Below, piece after piece: positions 1-13,626 of a stretch of DNA of 64,000 nt. Where the stretch lies: NCBI GenBank assembly GCA_973895155.1, contig OZ316895.1:18237880-18301879 (forward strand). Reading direction: 5' to 3'. The stretch's first letter is position 1. Each line of letters opens with the position of its first letter. The stretch is from Marsupella aquatica. Its lineage: Eukaryota > Plantae > Marchantiophyta. The notes below the pieces were generated by a model. It was not told the origin of the DNA. It did no database searches and was given only the letters and a program-made list of their open reading frames with translations. The position numbers and the translations under genes were made by a program.

Positions 1-1525
1 GAGGTAGAAGACCTGAATGCGGCCAAGAAAGCCCAAAATGAGCTGCGGATTAAGCGGCATGAGCTAAACATCATGCAGGGGCAATTGGATACCGCGCAGT
101 CTGATAATCAAATTATCAAGGATAAACTGACTCGGACCCAAGGAGAGTTGGCCCTCGGGGGTTTCACTTCCACAAAAATGGCATATCGCGTGCGACGAAT
201 GATAGGGTCATTTTCTTGGTTCTAAGGGAAGACTTAAGAATTTTTGTAGAAGAACAATAGGACCTTTTAAATTCAATTTTGAGACTTATAAGAACGTTAG
301 GGTCTTTTTAATCCAATTTTTAGAATATTCCAAGAATATTCCAACTTTATAGGGGTTAAAAAATTTTAAAAAATCTTACATTTTAGGGGGTCCGAGGCCT
401 AAAAACGTCGCAGGCGATGGGGAGGTCCCCATATAGTGAGACCCCCGAGAGTTGGCTGATGCGATCAAGGAGAAGGAGAAGTGGAAGCGAGAGTTGAGAA
501 ACGCAGAGGAGGCCCACATAGCAGCCAACAACCGGGCCATGGCGGAGACCCAGAGAAGGGAGAGGGTGTTGAAGGGGGAGCTCGAGGATATCCACGGAGC
601 CCTTGAGCAGAAGGAGACCGAGTTAGGAAAATCCTATCAGGCGATCATTGTGCTACGACAAGAGCTTGCATCCCTGACGGCCAGCTTCAAGGCCGACCTC
701 CGTGAGAAAGACGACCAGCTCGACCAGACTTATGCCAAGATGAATAAAATGGAGTCTGAGGTCGTAACGGAGCTCAACAAGGAGCTAAGAGCAACCCAGG
801 AAGAGAGGGCTACCTTAAAAAAGAAGCTAGAGGAAGCCCAAAGAGAATTGGAGGAAGCCCAGAAGGAATGGGAGGAGGCGTGCAAGGACCTGGACGAATT
901 GCAGGAGGAGTTGGAGGAAAGCACACGGAAGATGGAGAACTTACAGCGGCGAGCCGACAACCAAACAAAGTGGCTGAAGAAATAGGCCGCAATATTTAAG
1001 TGCTTGGCTTCCTCAAGTCCAACTCCAATAGGGGCAACCAAGTTGCCAGAAGTAGTACTGGCCAAAGGACAAGCCGAGACACTCGCACCGGTGCCAGAGG
1101 TAAGTGGCAAGGGGAAGGGACCAGCTGCCGAAACAAGGAAGAAGAAAAAGCAAAAACCTTTTGGGTTGAGGAGTAACACGGCTTCTCAAGCCATCGTGAC
1201 CAAGGAGGTAATCCCGGCACCAACCTCAGGCAGGGTCACGGTACAGGATCCAACTATCCTACAAGGCGGGAATGGCAAGGGCGAAGCCGGAATGCTCAGT
1301 GATGAGGCCAGTGTACCGAATCCACCACTAGAACAGGTCGGGGAAGCCGTAACCATATCAGAGGCCGTGGCCAATGCTGAGGCCGAAGCCGAGGGTGGAC
1401 CCAATCAGGCCGATGGAGAGTTGACTCAGTCCAGAGCAGGTAATCTGTCAGAGGACGGACCTACGGTAGTGGCTATGGAGGAAGTGTTGGGGGCGTCCAT
1501 TGAGGATCAGCCACCACTACCATGA
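1..1525 (+). pseudogene. C-terminal coiled-coil and low-complexity part of the family A LTR-encoded protein, disrupted
   Basis: ORFs 452-985 and 1004-1525 align with the C-terminus of the 1208-aa ORF at 35304-38930. Interrupted by the insertion at 154-449 and a TAG at 983-985. Confidence 0.85.
154..449. mobile_element. 296-bp MITE-like non-autonomous DNA transposon
   Basis: Absent from the other two LTR copies. TIRs CTCGGGGGTTTCACT / AGTGAGACCCCCGAG; 8-bp TSD AGTTGGCC (146-153) / AGTTGGCT (450-457); AT-rich non-coding interior. Confidence 0.85.
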
Positions 1526-2421
1526 CGGTGGTGGAGGGCTGCTCCTTTCAAGGAGGGCGGACGTGGAGGGAGGAGGCGTGAGTGGGCAGGGCGGGCTCAG
1601 ATCTCCAAGTTTAGAATTAGGATCAAGACCGGGAGGCGGCCCTGACACTTAGCTTAGTGGGATTGCGGATCCACTGGTAAGAGCAACACTTGTGCTCCTG
1701 CCTCGCTGTACATAGGTAGATTACGGTCAGGTTAGATTAAGCTTACGCTGCAAGGAATTGGGCGGATCCACTGCCAGGATAAGTACCTGGGCAGCGGGGG
1801 GGTTCAGGGCCTTCTTCCTTAGCAAGTTTTTAGTGCACCAGTAGGGCTGGGATCAAGTAGTTAAAGAAGCTCTCGGTTAGTTATGTTGTGACCCGTGTGT
1901 ATATTCATGTTTCCTCATACCTAAGAGATGAATAGAGTTGGCCTCACGGCTTAGTTCGTAGATCTTGTGTATGAGAAGTACTGTTTGTATGGCAAGTGCA
2001 TGGTATAACTCAGTCAGAAGGAATCATTTTGCTATTTGTGTGTCGCATTAACTTGTTTGAAGATTGCCCACATCAACCAAGAAGGGAGTAAGCAAGGTAG
2101 TAAGAGTTGGATGTGTCAAGCTGAGAGAGGTCTTAGCGGCTTACCCAAGCCAGTTGGGGATCATTCCGGCGGCGGAATCCAAACATACCTAAAGGGAGAC
2201 CAGGAGAGGAGGACAATGGAAGGCATAGAAGAGGCCGGCTACACATCTCATGACCCGATGAAGGATCTGTCCAGTATATGTGTGTAAAATGTTAGTCAAA
2301 GTTAGCAGCGTCCCATGCCGCTAAGCCTCAAAACCGGCCTCGCCAAGAGCGAAACCTGCGGGAATCGGCTTGTGCAGGGGGGTTTCTTGGGTTCAGGGAG
2401 CCATGGGAAGCACCACATTTT

Positions 2422-2439
2422 TGGCGCTAGATGGAGGGG
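2422..2439 (+). promoter_or_regulatory. Primer-binding site of element A, tRNA-Asn type
   Basis: TGGCGCTAGATGGAGGGG lies 4 nt after the LTR end. It is complementary, with one mismatch, to the plant tRNA-Asn 3' end CCCTCCTTCTAGCGCCA (recalled, not searched). Confidence 0.75.
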
Positions 2440-2652
2440 GCATTTCTTAAGCCGTGAGATATGAAGTTAGGAAGCAGCGTAGGTAATGACTGAACCTACG
2501 CCAAGGGAGGAAAGAGCGATTCAATGGGAGAGAGCTCGTCTGTAGTAGCTCTCCGGGTGGCATGATACACAACGACTGAGAGGGGCAGAAAGAGCTAGTA
2601 GCTCTAAAATTGAGAGTGGCATCAAAGAAGAAATACCAGAAGAGGAGTCGGT

Positions 2653-3954
2653 ATGGAGAGTGAGTCCCCAACCGACATGGGGGAACCGGAGGCACGGCCA
2701 AAAGAGAGGCTAGGAACCAGACTGAGCCAAAGGTTGCGCATTCATTACAAGGCATTTCATGGGAGAGGAGATGAGGATCCAGACGAATGGTTGGATGACT
2801 TCGAGGGAACCGCTACAGCAAATGGAGAATCGGCCATCAAGATGCAAATTCTTCCCGGCCTATTCAAGGGTGAGGCTAGGCCCTGGTATAGAGCATTGGA
2901 TGTGGAATATCAAGCCATCTGGCATACCTTCAAATCACTATTTGTAAAGGAGTTTCGACCCATTGGAACCTCAGAGCTAGCAGTGTTGAAGTTGGGACGA
3001 CTTCGGTTCAATGAGAACAAATCCTTCAGGAAGTTCTTGCATTGACGCTTCCAAAAGCTGGTAAAACGTACAAAGATCAACAACTTCAATGGTTGGTGAA
3101 TGCTTTACCGCAGAAGATGATTTTTGCAATTAGGAAGGAGAACCCAGAGACTTTAGCCGAGGCAATTAGGGATATTCAATTGTACATTAATGCAGATATC
3201 ACAAGCCGGAAGAAACAACTCAAGTCTGAGAGTTCCTCATCGGAGGAAGGATCACCACATAAGAAAAAAGATAAGAAAAAGAAACATTCTAAGAAGTCAA
3301 GAAATGATAACTCAAGCTCGGATAGTGGAAGTAGCAAGAGTGAGTCGTCTTCTAGTTCTGAAGAAGAAAAATCCAGGAAAAAGAAGGGCAGAAGGAGGGG
3401 GAAGTTGAAAGTCAAGCTAGAGGCTAAAATGCCAGATAACATCATAGCTCTTACCGAGCAGCTTAAGGCTATAATATCAGAGGTAAAGCCAAAGAAGAAA
3501 GTAGTATTGGAAGATAGCTCTGTATGGTGTGCCTTATGTTATAAAACTGGACACCATAAAGATGCATGTCCTAAACTCACTACTAGTCATGTTCGGCATA
3601 TAGTTGAGGTCAGACCGTGTCACAGAGAAGTAGAGTACTTTCTAGGGGATGCCGCTGATAGTGTTTTTGGCATCAGTGAGACTGGAGCACGAGACCTATC
3701 CAACCGACCTGCATCTCTCTGGTCAAGATTAAGGAACAATCCGGGAGAGATGTATTCTCGGATTATTCAGAATCCATCAGTACCTCCTAGGCCAAATGTG
3801 CAAAGATTTGCGGCATGCTATAATTGTGGTCAACCTGGCCATTTTGCTAGAGGATGCTCGAATGCACGCAAACAAGGTGATGGACAACCAGCTCAGCTAT
3901 GTATGGGATGCCGCCAGGAGGGTCACATCCTAGGACAATGTCCTACTTGGTTGG
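2653..3954 (+). pseudogene. gag: Element A gag, N-terminal part (frameshifted), with three CCHC zinc knuckles
   Basis: Gag core FHGRGDEDPDEWLDDFE, a K/S-rich tract, and knuckles CALCYKTGHHKDAC, CYNCGQPGHFARGC and CMGCRQEGHILGQC. Cut at 3954 by a solo LTR. Confidence 0.85.
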
Positions 3955-6900
3955 TGTGGTGCGTCCCATGGCTCCCTAAACCCAAGAAACCCCCCAGCTC
4001 AAGCCGATTCCCGCAGGTTTCGCGCTTGGCGAGGCCGTTTCCGTGGCTTAGCGGCATGGGACGCTGCTAACCTTCCACTACTACTATTAACATTTTACAC
4101 ACATATACTGGACAGATCCTTCATTGGGTCATGAGATACGTAGCCGGCCTAATCTAGGCCTTCCCCTCCATCTTGTTAGGTATGTTTGGATTCCGCCGCC
4201 GGAATGATCCCCAATAGGCTTGGTTAAGCCGCTAAGACCTCTCTCAGCTCGACACATCCAACTCTCACTCCCCTGCTTACTTTCCTTCCTTCTAGTTGAT
4301 GTGGGCACTCTTCACACAAGTTAATGCGACACACAAATAGCAAAATGACTCCTTCTGACTGAGTCATACCATGCACTTGCCATACAAACAGTACATCTCA
4401 TACACAAGCTCTGCGAACTAAGCCGTGAGGCCAACTCTATTCAGCTCTTAGGCATGAGGAAACATGAATATACACAAGGGTCACTGTATGACTAACCGAG
4501 AGCTTCTCTTACTACTTGATCCCAGCCTGGCTGGTGCAAACTAAAAACTTGCTAAAGAAGAGGCCCTGAGCTCCCCGCTGCCCAGGTACTTATCCTGGTA
4601 GTGGATCCGCCTAATTCCTTGCAGCTTAAGCCTAAACTACCTAACAGTAATCTACTTGCCCAGATCTACCTATGTACAGCAAGGCAGGAGCACAAGTGTT
4701 GCTCCTACCAGTGGAACCGCAATCCCACTAAGCTAAGTGTCAGGGCCGCCTCCTGGTCCTGATCCTAATCCTAAACTTGGAGATTAGCGCCCGCCCTGCC
4801 CACTCACGCCTCCTCCCTCCACGTCCGCCCTTCCTAAAAGGAACGGCGCCCTTGCACCGTCACGACACCGGTGGTGGATCCTCAATGGACGCCCCCAATG
4901 CTTCCTCCTCAGCCACTGCCGTAGGTTCGTTTTCTGACAGATTACCTGCCCTTGACTGAGTCAACTCTCCATCGGCCTGACTGGGTCCACCATCGGCGTC
5001 GGCATCGGCTCGGGAATCATTATCGGCTACGGCCTCAGCCTCGGCTACGGTCTCCCCGGCCTGCTCAAGAGGCGGATCTGGGATACCGGCCTCATTACTG
5101 AGTAGTTCTGCTTGGGCCGCACCATCCCCACCTTTCATGATAGCGGGATCTATTGCCGTGTTCATGCCGGAGGTTGGTGCTGGGTCTACCTCCTTGGTCA
5201 CCACGGCCTGTGGAGTCGGATTACTCCTTGACCCTGAAGGTTTCCGCTTCTTCTTCTTTTCTGGTTCAGCAGCTGGTCCCTTCCCCTTCCCACTTACTTC
5301 CGGCACTGGTGCAGGTGGCGCGGCTTTTTCTTCGGCCAGTACCACTCCTGGTAACTTGGTTGCCCCAATTGGAGTTGGGCCTGATGAAGACAAGCACCTA
5401 AATACTGCGGCTTGTTTCTTCAGCCGCTCTGTTTGGTTGTCGGCCCGCCGTTGGAGGTTCTCCATCTTCCTCGTGATTTCCTCCAACTCCTCCTGGGTCT
5501 CATCCTTGCGCGCCTCCTCTAGTTCCTTCTGGGCTTCCTCCCGTTCTTTCTTCAAGGTAGCCCTCTCCTCCCGGGTTGCTCTTAGCTCCTTGTCGAGCTC
5601 TGCAATGATGACAGACTCCATCTGGTTCATCTTGGCGTAAGTCTGATCGAGCATCTCGTCCTTCTCCCTTAGGTCGGCCTTGAAGCTGGCCGTCAGGGAC
5701 GCAAGCTCTTGCTGCAGCGCCATAATCCCTTGATAGGATTTTCCTAACTCGGCCTCCTTCTACTCAAGGGCTCTGCGGATTTTCTCGAGCTCCCCCTTCA
5801 ACGCCCATTCCTTTCTTTGGGTCTCCGCCATGGCCCGGCTGTTGGCTGTTATGTGGGCCTCCTCTGCATTCCTCAGCTCTCGCTTCCATTTCTCCCTCTC
5901 TTTGATCGTATCGGCCAACTCTCCCTGCGTCTGAGTCAGTTTATCCTTGATATTCTGATTATCAGCCTACGCGGTGTCCAATTGTCCAATTGCCCCTGCA
6001 TAATGTTCAGCTCATGCCGTTTAATCCGCAGTTCATCTTGGGCTTTCTTGGCCGCCCTTAGATCTTCAATCTCGGCTTCCATCCTCCTAAGCCGCCGAAT
6101 GACCTCGTCCTTCTTGCTTCTCTCTAAAGCCACCGCTTCTTCTAATTGGTGCTTCTCCAACTGCTCCCTATGGAAAAAGGGTCCTACCTCCAACTCCTCT
6201 CCAAAGATGCCGAGCGCAAGTTCCCCACACATCTCACCATACTCCATGGCTCTATTCTTAGCGTAGGTGGAGTAAGTAGAAGTGATCGGCATCGCCCATC
6301 GCGGCCTCTGCTCCCAAGCCGTCTTGCGGATCTCTTCAATCGTGGCTAGAGGTTTGCTTCCTTTTTCGGCTAGCCGCCTGATGTCCTCCGGCCAATCTCC
6401 TCCTGGCAAATCCTTTTCCCTGGCCAAGGCTGCCTTCTCTTCCTGCCTGATTCGCTCCTGAAATTCCTGCGCCGTCTGTTTTATGCCGTCGAAGCTCGGG
6501 GGAGCAACATCTGGTGGGGGAGACTCAGGGCTACTTTGCTGGTTGGGGTCCCCTCGTACTACCCTTGGAAGTGTGGGGACAAACCGGCCACAGGTCCTTA
6601 CTCCTGGAACGTGATGGTCCGACCCATAGCCGGAGTTATCATGGCTAAAGTCCTCCACTACCTCCTCTACTTCTTGGACGTCCGGCTTCTCCCTCTCCTC
6701 TTCGTCGGTAGGAGCTTCAGGCAATTCTGCCTCAGATTCAGAGCTTGAGACTCCCACATACATTTGAACACCTGGCTTGGATTCCGGCCTGATTCTCTCC
6801 TTGTCTCCAGCAAAGGGGTTTTCTCTTGTGAGCCGGTGTAGGCCTACCTCTGGAGTAGTGTCCTGCATTGTTGCCGTTGCCGTTGTCATTGCCGATGCCG

Positions 6901-8618
6901 ATCTCTTTTCTTTCTCCAATAGTTTCAGCAGACTCTGCATGCCTGGTTGCTGCATCGGCAAGTCCTCCTTCCTTGGCCTAAACACCTGCTCGATCGTAGG
7001 GCTAACAGGTGGTTGAGGCTTCTCTGCTACCGGCCTCGGTGCTGGAGCTTCCTCGTGTGCCCTTACCTGCAGGGGAAGTACTGGGGCAAAAGTCTGACCT
7101 CTGGCATACCGGCACAACAGCGGCATGTGATAGCCAAGTTGCGACACGCTCCCCATGCCGATTACCTGCTGCTCCTCCTTTAAGATCTTCTTCAATTGGT
7201 TGAGGAGGTACCCGTTGTAGTCCCGGCTTGGGTCTGGCCTCTCTGCCAGATAGACCTGTGCCTTGCCGATCTCTACCCTCGGCAAGTTACAATGCATGGT
7301 CACCCTCAAGAAGTCGATCATCTCTCCTATGTGCGGGTTGGTGCAGGTGTTTCGGAAGAAGCCATTCTTCGTTGATGGCCCGGGGAACGACCGGAACTCC
7401 TTGTCAGGCAAGGTCTTCCTGGTATCAACTTTGGTCTTATTGCCTATCGGCAAGCCAAACACTTCGGCAATCACTTTGGGAGTAAGATAGAAATCCTTCC
7501 CATATATCCTCGTGCAATTGGTCTCGGGTTCCCATGACCCCACGAATTCTAATAGGTCTGACTCCGGTACCTCCGGCTTCAGCCATGGTAATCTTACAAA
7601 GGCCTCTAAGCCGGATCCGGCCATGAAGCCTTGGTACTTCTTGGTCTGCATGGCCGTAAAGCATGCATCCTCCTCCCGTGCAAAATGTAGTTGCACCTCC
7701 ACCGGTAGGGTTGCCGCCCAGCCCTTCCAGGTGTCATCCCTGGTTGGAATGGCCTTGATGGGATCAACCTCCTCCTCTTCGGCTTCTCCCTGCCTCCTGC
7801 TCTGCTTCTCGGCTGGCTTCTTTGGTGTCGCCGACCTCGTTCATTTTGCCGGGGTGGCTTCATCGTTGACGGCTCCCTTCCTCTTCATCTCTGCTGCCGT
7901 GGAGGTTTCTCCTAGCACCGTTGCCTGGGTCCACCTTTCCGTGCTACCCTTCAATTCCCAGTGTATGTCGTTGCAGTTCTTGATGGCCTCTCGGATGCCG
8001 ACGATGCTGTCTTTGCAAAACAGAAGATCGTCGAGCTGATTGGAAGTAGGAGTCCACAAGAACTCATCCTTGATGAGTTTGCCTCCTAAGAAAGCCGTCT
8101 TCTGTAGCTCCCACAATCGAGCGAGCTCCTGCCGTTCTCGAGCTGCCCTTTCTAATTCCTCGTCCTTGTAAGTCTTGATGTACTCAGTTGCCCGTTCAAA
8201 CAGGCATCCCCAGAAATGTGCCGCTTGATTGACGTTGCTCATACCCTCCTTAGGTTGCTCGTTGGTATCTACTCTCTCCCCGAGTGCTTGCCTAAGCAGT
8301 TGACAGTAGTTGGCCTCCCGTAGTCGTCTGCCTAGTTCGTGCTCGCAAATGAGCCACCATCTCCTGCAAGCGCTCCTTACCCCTCCGGCCTTCCGGTCCT
8401 TCCTCCCGTTGATCCTTCCTAGCCGCCGACGCTTAACGCGCCCTAACCCTAATCAAGTTTTCACCCCCAGCGTCCTTACCTCCGGCCTCGGCCCGGGTTC
8501 CATGGTCGCCCCTAATTGTTTATATTTTCCTTGTTTTGTCCCTATACTAAGGTGTTTCTAGGGTGCCTTCCTGCTCTACCCCCTTAACTGGCCGAGTGAT
8601 TCCTGTCTAGGCATCACA
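3955..8618 (-). mobile_element. Family A solo LTR copy 2 (4664 bp), inverted inside the gag of its own family
   Basis: Termini TGTGGTGC...GCATCACA; 5-bp TSD GTTGG at 3950-3954 and 8619-8623; colinear with 34383-39006. Confidence 0.93.
4860..8242 (-). pseudogene. Disrupted copy of the LTR-encoded accessory protein
   Basis: ORFs 7841-8242, 5936-7702 and 4860-5723 tile the intact ORF of copy 3. Broken by nonsense changes and a short duplication near 5980. Confidence 0.9.
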
Positions 8619-10774
8619 GTTGGCAGGACTGGCCGCAAATCATAAGCTCTTGCCAGTCAAGGTCTTGCCACCAGGTACTACCCCAGGAGGAGTTCAAATC
8701 AACCACATCAAACTCGGATGGCAAACGGATGCCAAGGCAGAGTTTGGACCATCTGATGATGAGGCCGAGGCCCTATCAACATTTTCAAAAGAGGATTTGG
8801 ATCATGATTGCTACCGGGTTTCTACTCAATCCACCAGAAGAAAGGAAAGGTGGGATGGGCTGGCCAAAAATAAAGGGAAGGTTAAAGAAGAAAAGATTGA
8901 CTCTTCGTCAACATCAACGGAAGGAGAAGGAAGGGCGCTGGCAACACAGGTAAGCCATGAGCCCACCAGTGAGCCCAATCCTTCACAGGACAACGACTTC
9001 AATCGAGACCACCCTAAGTTGTTCTACCCCTCTATTACGGCTAGTGTTAAGGAACAACTGCGAGAATTGGAAACCCTGGAGAATACCAAAGCCATAGCTA
9101 AGGATGTGAAACGAGCAAAACCGTTGTTTGCTTTGGAAGATCCAAGGGCTGTGGAAACTAGCGTGAAAAAATAGGCCAAAGCCAATATGAAGACACGGGC
9201 AAAAGAAAAGCCGATAGTCCCCTACGACCTGGCTAAAGATGTACTAGAATCTAGAGTCTCGGCAACAGTAGGTCAATTGTTGAAAAATAGCACTTATTTC
9301 CGGAAGCAATTAAGGAAGGCCATTCTTGGCAAGCCGAGATTACCCAAGGTAGCAACCAGATCCGAGTGCTGATGATAGAAGAAGATCAAGTAGCCCCAGC
9401 ATTACCATTAATGATTCAAGGAGAAATATTACTAAGGGTACCCATCGATGGAGGATCAGGGGTATGTATTATGATTGATTCAACAGCAAAAGGATGGGGA
9501 CTAATGCTAGAGATGACTGGAAGAGTGTTGAACATGGCCAATGGGTATCAAGTCATTCCCACGGGAGTGTTAACCGGCATCAAGACTGAGATAGGAGGGA
9601 TCTTCTTTAGCATTAACTATGTAGTAATGAAGCCGGTAAACCCTACGTCATTTTGGCTATTGATTGGCAGGCCATGGCTGTATCTAGCCAAGGTAATAGA
9701 AGATTGGGAGAAGAAGGAGTTCACTTTTGGAACCCCCGCTATCACGGTATCTTGGGACACCAAGGATGACCATAGGAGAAGCATCAGGGAGGTAGACGGG
9801 TATGATAGTGGACTGGAGTCAGCAGATGAGGTACGTTGGCTAGAATGCCTCACTAACCTGACCGAAGAAAGTATCTTTGGACCATAAGTGTCCCCCAGCA
9901 GACTATGGCAAGAACCTCTAGAGAGTGACTTGGAGGAATGTGAAGTGGAAACCGAGGACTGCTTTGCCATAGAGTCCACCTTCTTAGCTTCAATTCCAGA
10001 GGAAGCACAAGAGGTGGATCAGTTGGATGAAACGGCTAAGTGGGGAGCTGCACTCGAGACAGTGGATTTTCCTCAGGCGTTGTGGCAGAGCCGGCAGGAT
10101 CCACAACGCCGTCTATCATCGGCAATAAATTAAATACCAAGGAATCGGCATACAAGCCGATTACAAGGGCAGAACAAATTGAGACCCTATTAGAAGCCGG
10201 AAGAGCACGGTGGCCTGACCCTTAGGAGGCAGGAATGGATGAGATGCACAGAAACAAGCTAGAGCCGAGGCTGGAAGGGAAGCCGAGCACCAATTCAAAA
10301 CTGAATAGTCCGGCAAGGGGACAATCTGCGGATAACAAGGGAGAAACCAATTCGGCTAGTACAACCAAGATTCCAATTTATGGAGGTATGAGACTAGAAA
10401 GGCTGGAGGCCGAATTGGACCCAAACTTGAAGAAGCAGATTAATATGATCCAAGCACGGCAATACCAAAAGCTCGACTTAGGAGAAGGAAGGGAACTGAA
10501 CTTAGGACGGGACCTAGCACTTGAGCTTGAAAAAGAAATCAGTGAATTACTGATTGAATTTCAGGATGTGTTCGCTTGGAGTCACCAAAACCTGAAGGGA
10601 GTAGACCCAAAATTAGGAGAACATCAAATTGATCTCATGTTAGGGGCCAAATCATTTCGACAACCAATTCAAAGGATGAACCCTAAGTATTCCCTGATGG
10701 TCAAAACTGAAATCGACAAACTAGTGGAAGCCGGATTCATCACTCCAGTCCTACGTTGATGCGAATGGATTACC
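8619..10774 (+). pseudogene. pol: Element A gag C-terminus, aspartic protease and start of RT, decayed and truncated
   Basis: Protease VPIDGGSGVCIM...LLIGRPWL (9366-9887). RT N-terminus FQDVFAWSHQNLKGVDPKLGEHQIDL...GFITPVLR*CEWIT, then an abrupt switch to element C near 10775. Confidence 0.85.
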
Positions 10775-12949
10775 GAAGGAGCCACCTTGTATTCCATTAT
10801 GCCGTCTCGTTCATATGGAGGTCGTCCGCACTCTTCAAAGGAATAGTCAATCAATCGAGAAGCTGAAGGACTCCTTCAGGACATCTGGGTACAATTCGTC
10901 CATAGGCATGCGGTTTTTTGTCCAACCTTCCAACGCCAAAGGTGCTCCACAGTTGTGTACAGATGAAATTAGGAGCACCTGGGATCCGATTTGGGTTGCG
11001 GAGAACCAATTGTTTGAAGCCAAATGTGAAGCAGACCCCGCTTTCTTGGTCCTCAAGGACAAAATGTTCTCAGTTTTTGATGGGAATCATCGACTATTTT
11101 CGTGGACACAAGTTACTAGTGAGAGTCCAGAGAATCCAAAGTATCATCCTCGAGTGCAATGCACAATCTTCAAGGGGGACAAGGAATCTATCATCGAGAT
11201 TGAAGCAGCGATGCACATTGTGAACAAATGAGTTGTCTCTCACCAGTGATTGAAACTCTCAAATTTGTTGGTTTTTGTCTGTGAATTCTATGTTCTTTCT
11301 GGTTTAAGGGTCTATGTTAGCGCCAGGCGCTATTTCTAAAATGCTGAATTTCACAGGATGGGGCAAGCAGTTGTAGAGTCTTCTTGGATTCTGGACACGG
11401 ACAGAATTAGGAGGATTTTGGCACATGATCTTGAATATTATAAACCCATCATAGACGAAGCAAATTATGCCAAATTTGAGAAGACTCAGAAAGGGACCCA
11501 AAAAGGTTCTTGGTTTACTAAGAAGATGCCAATGGAGGCCTTGGTCTATATCCTGTGTGAGAATAAGATCAAGTCCTACTCGCAGCAGTTCTAGGTGATG
11601 AAGACCCAGGCAAGCAATTCCGGTGCACCGTGGTCTGTCGAAGAGACCAGTCTTTGTCACAATCAGATGATGAAGGAAGCAACTAAGGAGTGGACTGTGA
11701 AAACTCCAAAGCTCACTTCCTTGCTGAGCCCAAAGTTTGAAGATTTCATGGACACTTGTGCCGAAATGTATAGTTTTACTGATCGGCTGAAATGCGAGAA
11801 GGTCCCTGATGCCGTATTCTACACGATGGATAGAGCTCGCTTGTTCACTGCCAATTTGGCATTAGATCCAAAGCTGCAAAGTACACTTCTCGTTGCTCAT
11901 TGTACTCCCAACTTACGGAAATAGTTTTTTCATCCCTTTGGCATTTCTGATGACCCCGTCAAGCAGTGGTGTCACACCTGGCATGTTTGGAATACAATTG
12001 AGGGGATAGCCACTGCTCTCTTAGATGCGTCTTTGAACAAAGTTATGGCTTCATGTACAGAACAACGTCTTTCAACACTGGTCGGAGAGGTCATGACATT
12101 TGAGAAGTTGAGGGAAGTGATTTTAGAGGATTTTAGAAAGTACGGTGATTCCATAAGGGCCAAGTTCTTCAACAACATTTGGGAATCCAAGTACGCTGAT
12201 AAGGAGGATTTGAGTGATGTCAACCGCAAGATAGCAAAGAGATATTTGTATCAATATTACATGAAAATGGAGAGGAGTGACCCTTCCTATTTTTGGGCCT
12301 ATCCTAGTGCCTTCCAAAAGTGGGCCGTTGTAATTTTGAGGTCTAAAGCGTCTGGGGACTTTCTTGGGTACTCGATGTACCCAGCCGAAGGGAAGTTTCC
12401 CCCAAGAAAGATGACAAACTGGGAGGTTTTGCACTGTCCATGGTATCTTGACACGGACAAGTGGAGTTCCCCATTTGATGATACGGAGAAGGATGCTTTC
12501 CAGAAGTTATCGAAGAATATAGTTCCAAGAAATATTTTGTCGGAGATGAAGCAAGCGACCAATGAAGAGATAGATCGATCGGCCATAGAGCTACAAAGAA
12601 TTTGCGAGACCTGAGTCATCCAAGTTGCAAGGAGTCGGAAACCCAAAGCGAAAGCCAAGCAAGAAACAACCCCAAGTGGATCTCATAAAGAGACCCGAAA
12701 GAGTGACTTCCTATGTTTGTTTGTCTATTTCTGCCTAGTTGTCAAAGCTTAATGTTGGCTAGCGCCCGGTGCTATTATTAACCACAATTTTGTTTGTTAG
12801 CAGGGTCTCAAAAATCAGACGCGGGGTTGGTTTCTGGTAATACTGGAACTGCAACACCAGAGCCCTCTCGTGAAATTAGTGTCAAGGGATGAGGAGCCGC
12901 CTAAAGGGTCGGCAACGCCTGAGGATGTGAGTGTTCCACCCGTGGATAA
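10775..12949 (+). pseudogene. Element C copy 1: internal fragment of the spliced ParB-like/methyltransferase-like gene (ParB-like and middle domains)
   Basis: ORFs 10815-11231, 11358-11594, 11595-11924 and 12033-12614 align with 60206-62473. FSVFDGNHRL motif; two T-rich introns ending in AG (near 11356 and 12803), each containing the palindrome. Confidence 0.8.
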
Positions 12950-13247
12950 CAAGAATAGTGCGTCCTATGAAAGAAAGAAAACGGGTGGCCCAAGCAGAAA
13001 GTCAAGAACTAATCTTGTCAAGACAGAAGGTGTGGAGTTGCGAGGAAGAAAGGTCCCATCCCATAGGCGCACCAAGGTATCTCTGAATTTCCCCTTTCCC
13101 GCTGATCTTGCAACCAGTGTTAACCAGCCATTCCAGAATCTCCTCCAACGCAAGTGGAATGACAGTAGACTTACGTAAGTTGAGCCGAGCACAAGATGCA
13201 AGTTCGTAACAAGCAATTGCTTCCGTGACCTTATTGAAATCTTCTTC
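12950..13247 (-). pseudogene. LINE-2 ORF2 RT continuation, 3'-truncated
   Basis: Minus strand reads EEDFNKVTEAIACYELASCARLNLRKSTVIPLALEE...YLGAPMG...FCLDKI. This continues FADDLGLFIPAS from 33912-33950 and aligns with LINE-1 ORF2. Confidence 0.85.
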
Positions 13248-13626
13248 CTTGGAATGGTAGCCATAAATAAATCATTTCAGTTCCCCCGTGAAAAGCCCCA
13301 CGGGGAGGGCGCACAAACAGACCAGGTTTCCCGGGAGGTAGCCAAGAAAGAACAAAGGGCCAAACCTCAAAAAACCAACCCAAATCCACCTAAGGCAAGG
13401 AATTACTCTCCCCGGAGACACCTACCAGCAACCCAAACCCACACCACACAAACTCACAACCAGCTTGAGGGCATCAGTGCCCCCAGAACCAAACATCCAT
13501 TGGTCTCAACGTTCAAACATCACCGCAAAATCAAAGTCACCCAGCGGAAGTGAAACTGATCCCCCCGCTGCCAAGCCAGCTCCTTCAAAGCCCATCGATA
13601 CATGATTTGGCGCGCAGTAGGCGAGT

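Larger units (their letters stand above)
1..2417 (+). mobile_element. Family A LTR copy 1: 5' LTR of a Ty3/gypsy element, truncated by the window start
   Basis: Reverse-complement homology to 3955-8618 and 34383-39006. Ends ...GCACCACA at 2417 and is followed directly by a PBS and gag. Confidence 0.9.

Noticed and set aside
2422-2439. tRNA gene
   Set aside because: Only an 18-nt complement of a tRNA 3' end (a PBS), with no cloverleaf; the same applies to 19349-19366.
3955-8618. TGT...ACA unit read as a Ginger-like DNA transposon
   Set aside because: Only an 8-bp imperfect inverted end and no integrase. The same sequence acts as a 5' LTR before a PBS and gag at 1-2417.
12870-13178. Plus-strand 102-aa ORF as a continuation of element C
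   Set aside because: Beyond ~12950 it is the antisense of the LINE-2 RT, so the ORF is a chimera across a junction.
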